From IMG/VR virus record IMGVR_UViG_3300012894_000004, positions 9,141 to 73,140 of that record: a DNA stretch of 64,000 nucleotides. One strand, given 5' to 3'. Source of the stretch: a virus. The first letter of the stretch is position 1; each line of letters opens with the position of its first letter. A program made the position numbers and the translations under genes. Of this stretch, positions 1 to 9,733 are shown one piece after another. The notes under the pieces were generated by a model. It worked only from the letters and a program-made list of their open reading frames with translations. It did no database searches and was not told the DNA's origin.

Positions 1-112
1 TGCGGTATTGGCGCTGCAGGCCGCCCACCGCCTTGGTAAAGTCGGCTAGCTCGGCTGCGCCCGGACCAAGGGATGGGTCGAATAAATCGGTGTATTTAAT
101 AGGGCCGGCCAT
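1..112 (-). CDS. 5' part of probable tape measure protein of prophage 1 (runs off left edge)
   Basis: Manual translation from ATG 112: MAGPIKYTDLFDPSLGPGAAELADFTKAVGGLQRQYR, open to the edge; IKYxDL start recalled from Bacteroidota phage TMPs; no other TMP in 1-40 kb. Confidence 0.55.
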   Translation of the reverse strand, partial: MAGPIKYTDLFDPSLGPGAAELADFTKAVGGLQRQYR

Positions 113-138
113 AGGAAGCGAAGCGTATAAGGTGTAAC

Positions 139-594
139 TCAGTGGGCGATGCCGTAGAGCATTCCGCCCAGGCCGCCGGCGCCCAGGCCCAGCCAGAAGT
201 GCCAGTCGAGCAGCAAGGGCCGGGCGGGGAACTTACCGGCCACCTGGCGGCCGGCAGCGAGCAGCTGCTGGTACTGCTGCTCGCGGGTGACGCCGTGGAC
301 GCGTTCCTGGCGCAGGGCGGCCTCGCTGGCCTCGAGCTCGCGGCGGGTGAGCAGCAGCTCGCGGCCCTGCGTGGCCAGGGCCGCGTCGCCGGCGGGCACG
401 AGCGCCAGCGCCCGCCGGCCGGCTTGGTAGCTGGCCGAGTCGAGGCCGACGAGGTGCTCGCGCACGACGTCGCCGGGCGCGAGTTGCACCACGATGGGCA
501 CGGGGGCCAGCAGCTTAATGGCCTGGCACGTAGCGGGGCGGGGCAGCAGGGAGCTGAGGCAGAGCAGCAGGCAGTAAAGCGCGGAGCGAATCAT
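139..594 (-). CDS. Lysis-cassette membrane protein (spanin-like)
   Basis: N-terminal signal, coiled coil, C-terminal TM (WLGLGAGGLGGMLYG); overlaps upstream gene. Confidence 0.55.
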   Translation of the reverse strand: MIRSALYCLLLCLSSLLPRPATCQAIKLLAPVPIVVQLAPGDVVREHLVGLDSASYQAGRRALALVPAGDAALATQGRELLLTRRELEASEAALRQERVHGVTREQQYQQLLAAGRQVAGKFPARPLLLDWHFWLGLGAGGLGGMLYGIAH

Positions 595-856
595 ACTGGT
601 GGCGGGTAATGGTGGCGGTGCGGGTAGCTTCGAGGGTTTGGCCGGCGCGCACGAAGCGGCCGCTGTCGGCCGTCTGACGCTCGCCTTGCTGGCGGGCTAG
701 GGTAGCGGCGTGCTGGGCGGCGGGGCGCTCGATGGCTCGCACCTGGCGACGCTGCTGGCAGCGCTGTAGGCCCCAGCCGGTCAGGCAGAGCAGCAGGATG
801 GTGGCCAGGGCGTAGGCAATGGCCTTGCGCTTAGTAGTTGTAGTTGGCAGCAGCAT
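515..856 (-). CDS. i-spanin-like protein
   Basis: Start MLLPTTTTKRK; single N-terminal TM then helical region; directly after endolysin. Confidence 0.55.
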   Translation of the reverse strand: MLLPTTTTKRKAIAYALATILLLCLTGWGLQRCQQRRQVRAIERPAAQHAATLARQQGERQTADSGRFVRAGQTLEATRTATITRHQYDSLRALLPAALPQLPAAPPRYVPGH

Positions 857-1523
857 AAATGTTGGCTTTCGGATACCAGGTGCGGTGCATGCCGGCCTTC
901 GTGCCGCTGCCCTCGTTGCCGCCGATGCACCACGCGCCACGTGCCGGTGCGTTGCGGGAGGTTACCACCACGTCGGCGGCCGTGATGTGGGCGATGCGGC
1001 CCTTGCGGGCGTTGAAAATGCCGATTTTGTAGCCCTGCCGGGTGCTGTCGAAGCTGCCGGCGTGGCCGAGCAACGTGTTGCGTTTGGGGTTCAGAAACCA
1101 GTTGTAGGAGCCGTTCGAGCCGGCTGGTACCGGCAGGCTGCAGCTACGCTGCGCGCCCGCCTGGGTGTCGCCGCAGTACTCCTCGCGCGGGCTGCCGCCG
1201 TTGGCGCGAATTATCTCCGTGATACCTGGCCCCGCATTGTAGCTGGTTTCGCGCCACCAAAGGCGCGTCCGCAGCCAAGCGATGGTGCATGCCCCGTTTA
1301 GCGCCTGACGAACGCGGGCGCTGAGCTTTGGCGCGGTGGGTTTTGGCGCGGGCGCTACTACAGCGGGCTTAGTGGCCACGGGTGGGCGAATCGGCTTGGG
1401 TACGGCCAGGCGTGGCACCCAGTCAAACAGGTCCACTGGCGGGGCAGGCTTAGCGGCTGCGCGCACGGCCAGCAGCGTGAGGCTAGCCAGCAGCCAGAAC
1501 AGCGATTGATAGCGCGTGCTCAT
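831..1523 (-). CDS. CHAP-like endolysin with signal peptide and Pro-rich linker
   Basis: RExxxNxG, YCG (Cys), AHI (His), IGGN motifs of CHAP amidases; lysis position. Confidence 0.7.
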   Translation of the reverse strand: MSTRYQSLFWLLASLTLLAVRAAAKPAPPVDLFDWVPRLAVPKPIRPPVATKPAVVAPAPKPTAPKLSARVRQALNGACTIAWLRTRLWWRETSYNAGPGITEIIRANGGSPREEYCGDTQAGAQRSCSLPVPAGSNGSYNWFLNPKRNTLLGHAGSFDSTRQGYKIGIFNARKGRIAHITAADVVVTSRNAPARGAWCIGGNEGSGTKAGMHRTWYPKANIYAAANYNY

Positions 1524-2077
1524 TATTGCATCCGGAAGCCGGAATCCAAGCTATGCGAGGCCATCACCAATTCCGCCACCCAGATAACGACGTAGAACGC
1601 CAGGCGCTCGCGGCCCTGCAATTCCAGGAAGGTGCGTTTGAAGCCTGGTACCACTGGCAGCGCCGCCCGCTGGCTCGTGTAGTAGCCGGTAGCCCAGTCA
1701 ACCAGCACCGGAATAACTAGCAGTGAGCCCCAGCCCAGGGCATTGACCAAGCAAAAGTTACTGACGGCCACCAGCGTTTTGGAGTAGAACTGCGTGGGGT
1801 CCACCATCTTGGCAGCGGCAGCGGCCAGGGCGTTGTCGCGGTCGGCGCCCAGCAGCCCGCGCGTTTCCAGCCACAGGATGAAATCGTAGAACGGTTTGTA
1901 GGCCAGCACCACGGCCGGAAATAGATAGTACCAGCTGCCACGGCGCAGCAGCCGCCGGACGCGGCAGGCCAGGCGGGTCAGCAGCGGGCGATTGAAGTTG
2001 CGGGCCAGCATAAAGACTACTGCCAGCACGAGCAGGATGAGCGGGGCGTAAAACAAGATTTCGCGAGTCGGGAGCAT
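1523..2077 (-). CDS. Multi-pass membrane protein, holin candidate
   Basis: Start MLPTREIL; about 4 hydrophobic segments; coupled to endolysin start. Confidence 0.55.
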   Translation of the reverse strand: MLPTREILFYAPLILLVLAVVFMLARNFNRPLLTRLACRVRRLLRRGSWYYLFPAVVLAYKPFYDFILWLETRGLLGADRDNALAAAAAKMVDPTQFYSKTLVAVSNFCLVNALGWGSLLVIPVLVDWATGYYTSQRAALPVVPGFKRTFLELQGRERLAFYVVIWVAELVMASHSLDSGFRMQ

Positions 2078-2093
2078 ACAAAAAAGGTGTGGG

Positions 2094-2567
2094 TTAAAAA
2101 GCAGGAGGTAAAAGCGTAGGGTCGATATCGTGCGGAGGCACATCGTAGCGGATAGCGCAGAGAAAGCCCTGCGGGCCTGCCCGCCAGTCAAGCGGCTGGC
2201 CGGGGGCAATCCAGAGCACTTCCCCCACCCGCAGCGGCTGGCCATTGGTGATAGCGCTGCCCTCCAGCAGCGCTATCAGGCGGCTTTCATCGAGCGAGAC
2301 GCCTTCGCTAAGCACGCCGGGCGCGGCCTCGCAAATGGCTAGGTAGGGGCCCGTGTCGCCGGCGCGCCGCGGCACGTGGTACACGAAGCAGCCCGCAAGG
2401 CCCGGCCACTCCTGCCAGGCAGGGGCCAGGGCCGCTACCACGTCGGGCTGGCCCTCGTGGTGCACCACGAGTTGGGCCAGGCGATGGTCCACCGTGTCGA
2501 GGCGCTGGCCGATGCCGCGCAGCTGGGCCAGGTAGGCTGGCTCCTGGGTGGAGGCGTTAGACAACAT
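2094..2567 (-). CDS. Hypothetical protein, cupin-like C-terminus
   Basis: LLEGSAITNGQPLRVGEVLWIAPGQP resembles cupin motif. Confidence 0.5.
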   Translation of the reverse strand: MLSNASTQEPAYLAQLRGIGQRLDTVDHRLAQLVVHHEGQPDVVAALAPAWQEWPGLAGCFVYHVPRRAGDTGPYLAICEAAPGVLSEGVSLDESRLIALLEGSAITNGQPLRVGEVLWIAPGQPLDWRAGPQGFLCAIRYDVPPHDIDPTLLPPAF

Positions 2568-2976
2568 CGCGCAGATGGGCTACGGTGGCTTTCAGGTCCG
2601 CCAGCTGCGGCGTAATAGTATCGCGCAGCTTGGTGAGCTCGGCATTGGTCTCCTTGATGCGCTCCGAGTTGCCGGCCACCCGCTCCGTAATGGTGGTGAC
2701 CTGCTCAGCCGTGGTCGTGAGGCGCTCGATGGTGCTGACCACCATGGCGATGGTGCCCTCCATCTTCAGAATGTCGCTCTGCTGCTTTTGCTTTAAATCG
2801 GTCAGGGCCTGCGACTCGGCCTTTTCCCTGGCCTGCTGCGCATCGTAGCGCTTCCAGTAAAGCGTGGCCAGGAACGTGAGCCCTGCCGTGAGTAGCGACA
2901 GGACCACGGGGTGCAGCGTGGGCCAGGAAGATTGCAGTAGAAGGGGAGAATTCACGGGGTGGGGCGTATTGAGCAC
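2557..2976 (-). CDS. TM plus coiled-coil protein (holin/antiholin-like)
   Basis: One N-terminal TM, long heptad region. Confidence 0.55.
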   Translation of the reverse strand: MLNTPHPVNSPLLLQSSWPTLHPVVLSLLTAGLTFLATLYWKRYDAQQAREKAESQALTDLKQKQQSDILKMEGTIAMVVSTIERLTTTAEQVTTITERVAGNSERIKETNAELTKLRDTITPQLADLKATVAHLRDVV

Positions 2977-4556
2977 TAGCGCGTAGCGCAGTTGAAGCAG
3001 TCGGGGGCGATGAGGGCGGCCGTGCCGTTGTCCTGGGCCACGAAGCAGATGTCGAGGTCAGCCGCGTCGCTGAGGTTGTCGTAGGCGGTGCCGGTCAGGG
3101 CGGTGTAGGTGGTGCCGTCCGTCGAGGTAGACAGGCTGAATTTGCCGTCGGCGGCGCGGCGCAGCTTGACGTACTCGCCATCGGCAATCACCCGCACGGG
3201 TTGCAGATTGCCAAGTAGGCTGGTGTAGAGCTTTTGGTCCTGGTCGCCAATCAGCAGCGCGTAGTCGATGTCCTCAAACTTGCTGGGCACCTGCGCCACT
3301 TTGCGCACGCCGATAACCACGTTGCCGAGCTTGTACTGGGCACGAAAGATTATGGAGCAATCCTGGCCAGCAGCAAACCGCTTGGTAGTCAGCCCCGCCA
3401 CGGTATACTGCTCGGTGTAGGGCGTGCCGTCCTCGTGCGGCTTGACCACGTAGCCGTTGAGCGAGTCGCTGTAGAACATCGGCGCGAAGTCCGCGTCGGT
3501 GAAGTTGCTGGCGGGCCGCGTAGGCGGCTTGGGCACGTCCGTGGGCGGCAGGTCGAGCTGCGCGTCGTGCCTGTCGGCTACTTGCCCGTAGCCGACATCG
3601 TCCGGGTGTAGCTCGTCTTTGAGTTGAGGTAAACCGGGGTCGAGAAAGCGCAGGTTCGCCAGCTCGTCCTTTTGCAGCGCCAGCGCGGCCTTGCGGTACT
3701 CCTTGCTCGTGTAGGTGCCGTAGTCAAACACCAGCTGCACGTAGAGCATCGCGTCCGGCGCAGCGGCTAGTAGCTCCTTCAGCATTGCCTGCGCGTAGCT
3801 CATGGCCAGCGAGGCGTCGACGCCATTTGTCGCGTCGTTCGTGCCCAGCGCCAGCACGTACCGGCGCTTCTTGGCGTTGCCCCAGGCCTTAAGGACGCGC
3901 TGAATTTCCTTGGCCCGCTTCTCGGGCGTATTCAGCGAGCGCGACAGGAACTTGTAGCCCCAGCCGGTGCAATAGATGGTCATCTTGCGCCGCTTGCGGC
4001 GCAGCAGCGCGTTCCAGTGCTTATCGAGGTTGCTGGCAAACACACTGGCCCCAATGCTGTCATGGCTCACCACCAGCACATCATCCTCATTGGCAAACTT
4101 TCTGAAGCTGGCGTTGGCGTCGGTCGGAAAGGTGAGGCGCTTGATAGTGGTGTAGCCCAGCGCGCCGCTATCGTCGTCACTGCCTTCCTGCACGCCCAGA
4201 CGTAATCTGAACGGCGCGTCTACCACGATGGGCGGCAAGCTTATGCGCACCGCCTTTGAGCCGGCGCTAGTGGAGGCGTAGAACTTTACCAACGTCTCGC
4301 CCTGATACAGCCCAATGCCGTACGGGTCGGGCGTGATGGGGTCTCTAGTAGTTACTATTTCGGCGTCGAAATAGCTATCTACCGTGTCAATGCCCAAATC
4401 AGCGTGCACACTCTGAAAGTCCGTATCCTCGAACACGTTGTGCGAGTAGTCGGCGCCGGTCGGAACCAGCACCTTCGCGCTGGGCCCCGGGCCGGGCCCA
4501 GTGCTAACATACGGGCCGTAGGAGTCGGCATAAACGCCGATGACAGGAGTAGCCAT
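2976..4556 (-). CDS. Tail-associated SGNH/GDSL hydrolase-domain protein
   Basis: HDSI (block I), LGTND (block III), DELHP (block V). Confidence 0.7.
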   Translation of the reverse strand: MATPVIGVYADSYGPYVSTGPGPGPSAKVLVPTGADYSHNVFEDTDFQSVHADLGIDTVDSYFDAEIVTTRDPITPDPYGIGLYQGETLVKFYASTSAGSKAVRISLPPIVVDAPFRLRLGVQEGSDDDSGALGYTTIKRLTFPTDANASFRKFANEDDVLVVSHDSIGASVFASNLDKHWNALLRRKRRKMTIYCTGWGYKFLSRSLNTPEKRAKEIQRVLKAWGNAKKRRYVLALGTNDATNGVDASLAMSYAQAMLKELLAAAPDAMLYVQLVFDYGTYTSKEYRKAALALQKDELANLRFLDPGLPQLKDELHPDDVGYGQVADRHDAQLDLPPTDVPKPPTRPASNFTDADFAPMFYSDSLNGYVVKPHEDGTPYTEQYTVAGLTTKRFAAGQDCSIIFRAQYKLGNVVIGVRKVAQVPSKFEDIDYALLIGDQDQKLYTSLLGNLQPVRVIADGEYVKLRRAADGKFSLSTSTDGTTYTALTGTAYDNLSDAADLDICFVAQDNGTAALIAPDCFNCATR

Positions 4557-5824
4557 TACGCTTGCTTTACAGTGTAGTGCCAGGCGGGGCCCTGGCCGGT
4601 GGTGCCTGCCGGCGCGGCCGGGTCGTAGGTGCTGCGCGTGCAGTAGAAATGGCAGTTCTTGCCCTGGTAGAGGGCGTCGAACTGCTGGCCGGGAAAGGAG
4701 TCGGCGGGGCTGGCCGCCGGGTCGGCATCGCCGCCCGCGTAGGTCAGGCCCATGACGCTATCCATAAAATCCGTGCTCAGGTCCAGCAGGTCGCGCGTGG
4801 CCAGCCCGCCCGCCCCGCCCTCGGGCACCACGGTCACGCTCGTATTGGGGTGGGGCGGGTAGTCGGGCGTGAAGCGGGCCCCGCCGCGCAACTCCACTTT
4901 GGCGTCGGTCTCGAACGTGGTGGCCAGGTGGCCGCCGGTAATGCCGGGCACAGCCGACTGGCCGAAGTCCGTCACCACCACGTCGTCGAGCATGACCGTG
5001 GCCGCGGGGCTGCTCTGAAAATTGAGGCGGCAGGCCACGGTACCGCCCTGCACCGTGCAGATGTTGGCGGTGGGGTCGGCCGTGGGCTCGAAGGGCGCCA
5101 GGCGGCCGGCATAGAGCAGGCGGTTGTGGCGAATTACGGCGCCGGGCCCCAGGCGAATCACCCAGTCGTTGACGTCGATGGGCCAGTACTGTAAATCGAG
5201 CACGGTGCCGGCGGCCAGCGTCACGAACGTCTGCACTTGTAGCGGGCGGTTCACGTACGTCGTCGAGCCGGCCCCGCCGCCGTTGGTCCAGGTTACGGCC
5301 TCGTGGAGCGTGGTGAAAGTAAAATTGGTGGTGCCGTCCGCCCGCTCGCACACCAACGGGTAGGCGCTGGTGTAGCTGAGTGCCAGCGGGTCAGTGGCTG
5401 GCACGAACTTGCTGGGGTTGCGCGGGCCGCTAAAGGAGCCGTCTGCATAGGCTGTGTGCGTAGGGTCGGTGGGGCTGGGGTCGAACACGCACACCAATTC
5501 CTGGGCCCGGAAGGCCTCCGTATCGCGTTCGCGGTAGAACTCGATTTTCACCACCGTAAAGGCGCAGCAGGTGCTCCAATCCAAATCCGTTTCGAAGCAG
5601 GCCCCGCCGGAGGCGTCCGCATCGCGGTCGGCCTTGCGGTAGAAGCGAAACTCCTTGAGCAGGCTTTTCTCCGCGTTGGGTCCCCGTCCGGCACTCAGGC
5701 CAATGAGCTGCTCGGGTACTAGCTTGTATTCCTGGTCTGATGCTGCGTCGTAGAAGAAAAACAGTCCATCTGCCGGTACAGATGGCTGAGGCCAAGCCGG
5801 CATCCCGCGGATAAACTTGCTCAT
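4556..5824 (-). CDS. Putative tail fibre/spike protein
   Basis: 422 aa beta-rich ORF in tail module, preceded by repeated late motif. Confidence 0.55.
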   Translation of the reverse strand: MSKFIRGMPAWPQPSVPADGLFFFYDAASDQEYKLVPEQLIGLSAGRGPNAEKSLLKEFRFYRKADRDADASGGACFETDLDWSTCCAFTVVKIEFYRERDTEAFRAQELVCVFDPSPTDPTHTAYADGSFSGPRNPSKFVPATDPLALSYTSAYPLVCERADGTTNFTFTTLHEAVTWTNGGGAGSTTYVNRPLQVQTFVTLAAGTVLDLQYWPIDVNDWVIRLGPGAVIRHNRLLYAGRLAPFEPTADPTANICTVQGGTVACRLNFQSSPAATVMLDDVVVTDFGQSAVPGITGGHLATTFETDAKVELRGGARFTPDYPPHPNTSVTVVPEGGAGGLATRDLLDLSTDFMDSVMGLTYAGGDADPAASPADSFPGQQFDALYQGKNCHFYCTRSTYDPAAPAGTTGQGPAWHYTVKQA

Positions 5825-5835
5825 AAGCCGAAGTA

Positions 5836-5859
5836 AATACTTCGTAAAATAAGCACATT
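5836..5859 (-). promoter_or_regulatory. 24-bp late promoter/operator motif, copy 1
   Basis: + strand AATACTTCGTAAAATAAGCACATT; 11 nt upstream of ATG 5824. Confidence 0.75.
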
Positions 5860-5878
5860 AACTTGGTATTCGAGTGAC

Positions 5879-7450
5879 TTAGTTGCCTCGCAGCAGTAGG
5901 AAGCCCCCGCTGCGCAGCAGCAGCGCGTTTTCCGGGCCGGTTTCGATACCCAAATCGTCCGAGTTGCCTGCGCCCAGCCAGGTAGCCTGCTCGAGCGTGA
6001 TGTGGCCACTTGAGAGCGGATACGGCCGCACCTCACTCGTCTCGTAGGCCTGGTCGGTCTGGCAGTGCAGGCCGTTGACGAGCAGGTAATCCAGCCGGCA
6101 GGCTAGAAACAGCTTCTCGTGCAGGTAGGCGGGCAGGGCGTAGGTTTCAAGCTCGAGCAGGCGCGTGGCCGTGCTGGCCAGCACCGTGAGGCTGCCATCG
6201 GTAGCGCGGTACGTGCTGGAGGTGCCGCCGTTTTTGGTGCGAAAAAACGTGCCGGGCACCCGCTGGCGCGGCACGATGCCGGTGCTGAAGACGAGCCCGA
6301 AGCAGTTGTCGCCATTGGCGTAGTCCACCACCACGGTATGGGGGTGGTGCTGGGCCAGGTGCACCGGCTCGCTTTCGGCCACCGCGTCGGGCCAGCCGGC
6401 GCTCGTGGCCCGCAGCTTCACCTGGTAGTAGCCTTCGGCCAGGCCCGCCAGGGGCAGGTCGGCCTCCCACACGTTGAAGCCAGGCCCGGTGAGCAGCCAA
6501 CTGGCCGTGAGCGCGCCGGCGGCCGGCGCCACCCAGGGCCGGTTCAGCAGTACGTAATCGTCGGGGCTGGCCACCGAGCCCGACACCGTGGCCGTGAGCC
6601 GGTAGGTGCCAGTGGCCCCGCCGGCCAGCGTGAGCCGCGCGGCGCCCAGTAGGCTGGCGGGCAGCGGTCCGCCGGCCGCGGCGCGTAGCTGGGTGGTGCC
6701 GGTGGCCACGTCCTCGGCCAGCACCACGGCCAGCGGGTCGGCCGGCCCCTCGAGTGTGAGCACCTGCTTGAGCGCCACGGCGGGGCCGACCTGCGCGCCG
6801 CCGTGGCGAAACACGGTGGCGGCCACCGCCGCGTAGGAGGTGAGCACCTGCACGCGCAGCGGGCCGTCCTCAACCTGCACGAGCTGAAAGTAGTAGGGCC
6901 GCTGCTGCTGGCCGGGCCGGGTTTGCTCGCAGAAAAGCACGTTGTCGAGCGTCTCGAACGCGCCGCCGCGCACGATAAAGCGCAGCGATTGCAGCAGCGG
7001 CACCGAAAAGAAGGGTTCCACCACAAGGGGCTTGTACACGCAGGTACCCGCCTCGACGTTGGCGGCAGGCTCGTAGTTGGTGGCCGTGGGGTCGGTGCAG
7101 CCGGGCGTGGGGCTTGGGGTAGGCGGGGGCGTGGTGCCGCCCCCGCCGCCGCCACCCGAGCCGCCGCCGGGGTTTGGGTAGCCGCAGCTGAGCGTAAAGC
7201 TGGCCGTGCCGCTCTCGCCCGTGTTCGCGTCGGTGGCCGTGAGCGTGTAGGCGTCGTCGTAGAGGCCGTCGAAGTCGAGCCTGTTGGCCGCCAGCTGGGC
7301 CGCCGTGATGGGCCCGCTGTAGGGCACTTCCCCGTCGCTGGCCCGCACCAGGGCGTAGGTATAGGAGCCCGAGCCGCCGCTGATGCTGAGTAAATGCGCG
7401 TAGCCAGCGCCGGCCTGGCATTCGGAAGAGGTGGTGACAAACAGGCTCAT
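5879..7450 (-). CDS. Tail/baseplate protein
   Basis: 523 aa; Ig-like N-terminus, Gly/Pro linker, PGCTDPTATNY motif; tail module. Confidence 0.6.
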   Translation of the reverse strand: MSLFVTTSSECQAGAGYAHLLSISGGSGSYTYALVRASDGEVPYSGPITAAQLAANRLDFDGLYDDAYTLTATDANTGESGTASFTLSCGYPNPGGGSGGGGGGGTTPPPTPSPTPGCTDPTATNYEPAANVEAGTCVYKPLVVEPFFSVPLLQSLRFIVRGGAFETLDNVLFCEQTRPGQQQRPYYFQLVQVEDGPLRVQVLTSYAAVAATVFRHGGAQVGPAVALKQVLTLEGPADPLAVVLAEDVATGTTQLRAAAGGPLPASLLGAARLTLAGGATGTYRLTATVSGSVASPDDYVLLNRPWVAPAAGALTASWLLTGPGFNVWEADLPLAGLAEGYYQVKLRATSAGWPDAVAESEPVHLAQHHPHTVVVDYANGDNCFGLVFSTGIVPRQRVPGTFFRTKNGGTSSTYRATDGSLTVLASTATRLLELETYALPAYLHEKLFLACRLDYLLVNGLHCQTDQAYETSEVRPYPLSSGHITLEQATWLGAGNSDDLGIETGPENALLLRSGGFLLLRGN

Positions 7451-7451
7451 A

Positions 7452-9671
7452 CTAGGCGCAGGCTAAAAGCGTGAAATCCGCCACCTCGTCCGTGGCGGTG
7501 TGTTTGAAATCGAGTACCCAGCCCTCGAGCGTGCGGCCGTCCTCGTGCAGAAAGCGCACGCGGCCCGTGGGTTTGGCCAGCAGGGCCGCCAACTGCTGGC
7601 GGCTGAAGGGCACGCCCTTGAGCTCGTACTGGAGCGGCAACCAGAGTGGGGCCGGCAGCGCGGCCACGGCTACATCACCGCCCTCGGCCACCAGGCCCGG
7701 CTCGCCGGCCAGCTGGCTGGCCATGGTGGTGTTGCCCGTGCCGGCGGTGTAGCGCACACTGGCCCCGCGCGCGGCCTTGAGGCCGGCGCGTAGCATCGGC
7801 CCGTGGCGGCGCAGCAGCCGGCCGGGCGACAGACGCAGGTTGTAGACCGTTTCCGGCGAGAGCACCCCCGTGAGCTGCAGTGCCCGCTGGGTGCGCTCAG
7901 TTTCGAAGCCGCCGGTGCCGGGACGCAGCAGGCACACCAGGAAGTTGGTGGCGTCGGTCGTGGTGTCGGTCGTGGCCGTGGCGTCGTAGCGGTCGCGGCG
8001 GGTGGCTTCGAGCAGCACCCCGCTGGCCGAGTACTTACTTGTCTGGGTGTAGGCCGCATCCACCACCGTGAGCGGCGTTGTCCACTGGCGCGTGCTGTTG
8101 AACTCGTCGAGGCCGCCGGCGGTATTAGCCTGCCACTGCGCGTAGCCGAGGTCGGCTACCTGGTAGTGGTAGTCGGCCGCCACGCGCGTGGTGACGGCCA
8201 CCGGGCCGGCCGCCGTCAGGTCCACGACCACTTGCGGCGGGTAGAAGTAGCTGAAATGCTCGACGCGCACAAACAGGCTCTGCTTGCCTTTGCGATTCTT
8301 ACCCCACTCCGTGCCGTAGCCCAGGTTGTAGACGGCCGAAAGCGCGTCGTACGCCTCCTGCCAGTTGGTGAACAGCGATTTGCGCAGGTCCGTGGCCGGC
8401 GCTACCGGCGCGGGCGCACTCGGCAAGGGAAAGCCGCGCACCTGAAAGCCGCCAGTGAGCAGCGTCAGTGCGCCCGGCCCGTCGACGGGGTAGGGCACTA
8501 CGCAGTCGGGCCGGCCAAAGAAGCTGCTGCGAAACACGTCTACTTCGTCGGTGAGCGCCTGGGTGAGCCGGTCGAGGCACTCGTAGAGCAGCAGGCCTGT
8601 GGTGGGCGTCGGCTCGGTCTGGGTGGTGGCCGTGATGCGCAGGTAGGAGCCGGGCTGCATCGTGGCCGTAATCGTCGCCTGGTAGGGGTCGGGCGAGTTC
8701 TTGGTCAAATCGTGCACAAACCACGTGGCGTAGAGGTAGATGCTGTCGCCGACTTTCAGGTCGTACGTGAAGCTGCGGGCCACCACCGCGATGTTGCCCT
8801 CGTAGTCACCGTCGAGGTTGCCCACGGCAATCTCGGGCTGTAGCAGCGTCGTGGCCCCATTGGCCCCGTCGACTCGCAAAAAGCACGAGGAGCCCACCTT
8901 GGTGAACTGGCGCATGAAGGCCCCCGGGCTGGTGTGGGCCTCCACGTGCGCAAACAGCGCTAGCTCAATCGTGAAGGGCCCGTTTTCCTTGGCCGTGTAG
9001 ATGGGCACCGCCGTGGCCGAGTCGCCGGCCACAAAGCCGCCATTGACGGCGCCCAGCTGCAGCTCGTTGAGTTCCGGGGTATCAAAGCCGAAGTAGAGCA
9101 CCTGTTCGTGGCTGGGGTCGCCGTCGTCGCCGAACATTTGGGCCGACACTTCCACCGGCTGCTTTTGCGAGGCGGCGTAGCGCTGCAGCAGCGCCCTGGA
9201 GTGCAGGCTTACTACCTGCGGGGCGGCCGTGGGGCCCGTGGCCCCGCTCACCGAGGCGTTGCCCAGCAAGTCGACCTGCACGGAGCTACGGGACAAGAAT
9301 TTCTGGTAAAACGTGGCCTGCTCCAGGTTCACCTTCGCCGTGGTGGCCGTGAATTCGGCAGTGGTATAGTTTATTCGGCCCTGGTAGTAGGGCAGCCAGG
9401 TAAACGCGTTGGGGTCGTGCTGCTCGGCCCGCACCTGCACGTCGGCCTCGATACCGGCGGCCTCGTAGGCGCGCTGCACGTAGGCCTTACCGTCCTTGAT
9501 GAAGCTCAAGCTATTGGAGTACTCCACGCCCACGCCGTGGGTCTTGGGGTCGCGGTGTAGGCTTACGCTGAGCTGGTCCGCCCCCATTGGCTCGTGGCGC
9601 AGCGCGCGGGGCCCGAATAGGTCGGAATCGACGCGAAACCGAAAAACGGGGTGGTTTTGAGGAGGCAGCAT
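7452..9671 (-). CDS. Large tail (distal/hub-type) protein
   Basis: About 740 aa from MLPPQNHP; position in tail module. Confidence 0.6.
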   Translation of the reverse strand: MLPPQNHPVFRFRVDSDLFGPRALRHEPMGADQLSVSLHRDPKTHGVGVEYSNSLSFIKDGKAYVQRAYEAAGIEADVQVRAEQHDPNAFTWLPYYQGRINYTTAEFTATTAKVNLEQATFYQKFLSRSSVQVDLLGNASVSGATGPTAAPQVVSLHSRALLQRYAASQKQPVEVSAQMFGDDGDPSHEQVLYFGFDTPELNELQLGAVNGGFVAGDSATAVPIYTAKENGPFTIELALFAHVEAHTSPGAFMRQFTKVGSSCFLRVDGANGATTLLQPEIAVGNLDGDYEGNIAVVARSFTYDLKVGDSIYLYATWFVHDLTKNSPDPYQATITATMQPGSYLRITATTQTEPTPTTGLLLYECLDRLTQALTDEVDVFRSSFFGRPDCVVPYPVDGPGALTLLTGGFQVRGFPLPSAPAPVAPATDLRKSLFTNWQEAYDALSAVYNLGYGTEWGKNRKGKQSLFVRVEHFSYFYPPQVVVDLTAAGPVAVTTRVAADYHYQVADLGYAQWQANTAGGLDEFNSTRQWTTPLTVVDAAYTQTSKYSASGVLLEATRRDRYDATATTDTTTDATNFLVCLLRPGTGGFETERTQRALQLTGVLSPETVYNLRLSPGRLLRRHGPMLRAGLKAARGASVRYTAGTGNTTMASQLAGEPGLVAEGGDVAVAALPAPLWLPLQYELKGVPFSRQQLAALLAKPTGRVRFLHEDGRTLEGWVLDFKHTATDEVADFTLLACA

Positions 9672-9681
9672 AGGTGACGGT

Positions 9682-9705
9682 AATACTGCGTAAAATAAGC
9701 ACATT
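9682..9705 (-). promoter_or_regulatory. 24-bp late motif, copy 2 (in divergent intergenic region)
   Basis: AATACTGCGTAAAATAAGCACATT. Confidence 0.75.
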
Positions 9706-9733
9706 ATGGCCGGTTTTGCTATCTTCGCTGCCG

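Noticed and set aside
2976..9671. Diversity-generating retroelement or shufflon acting on tail genes
   Set aside because: No reverse transcriptase, invertase or TR/VR-like duplicate seen in the window
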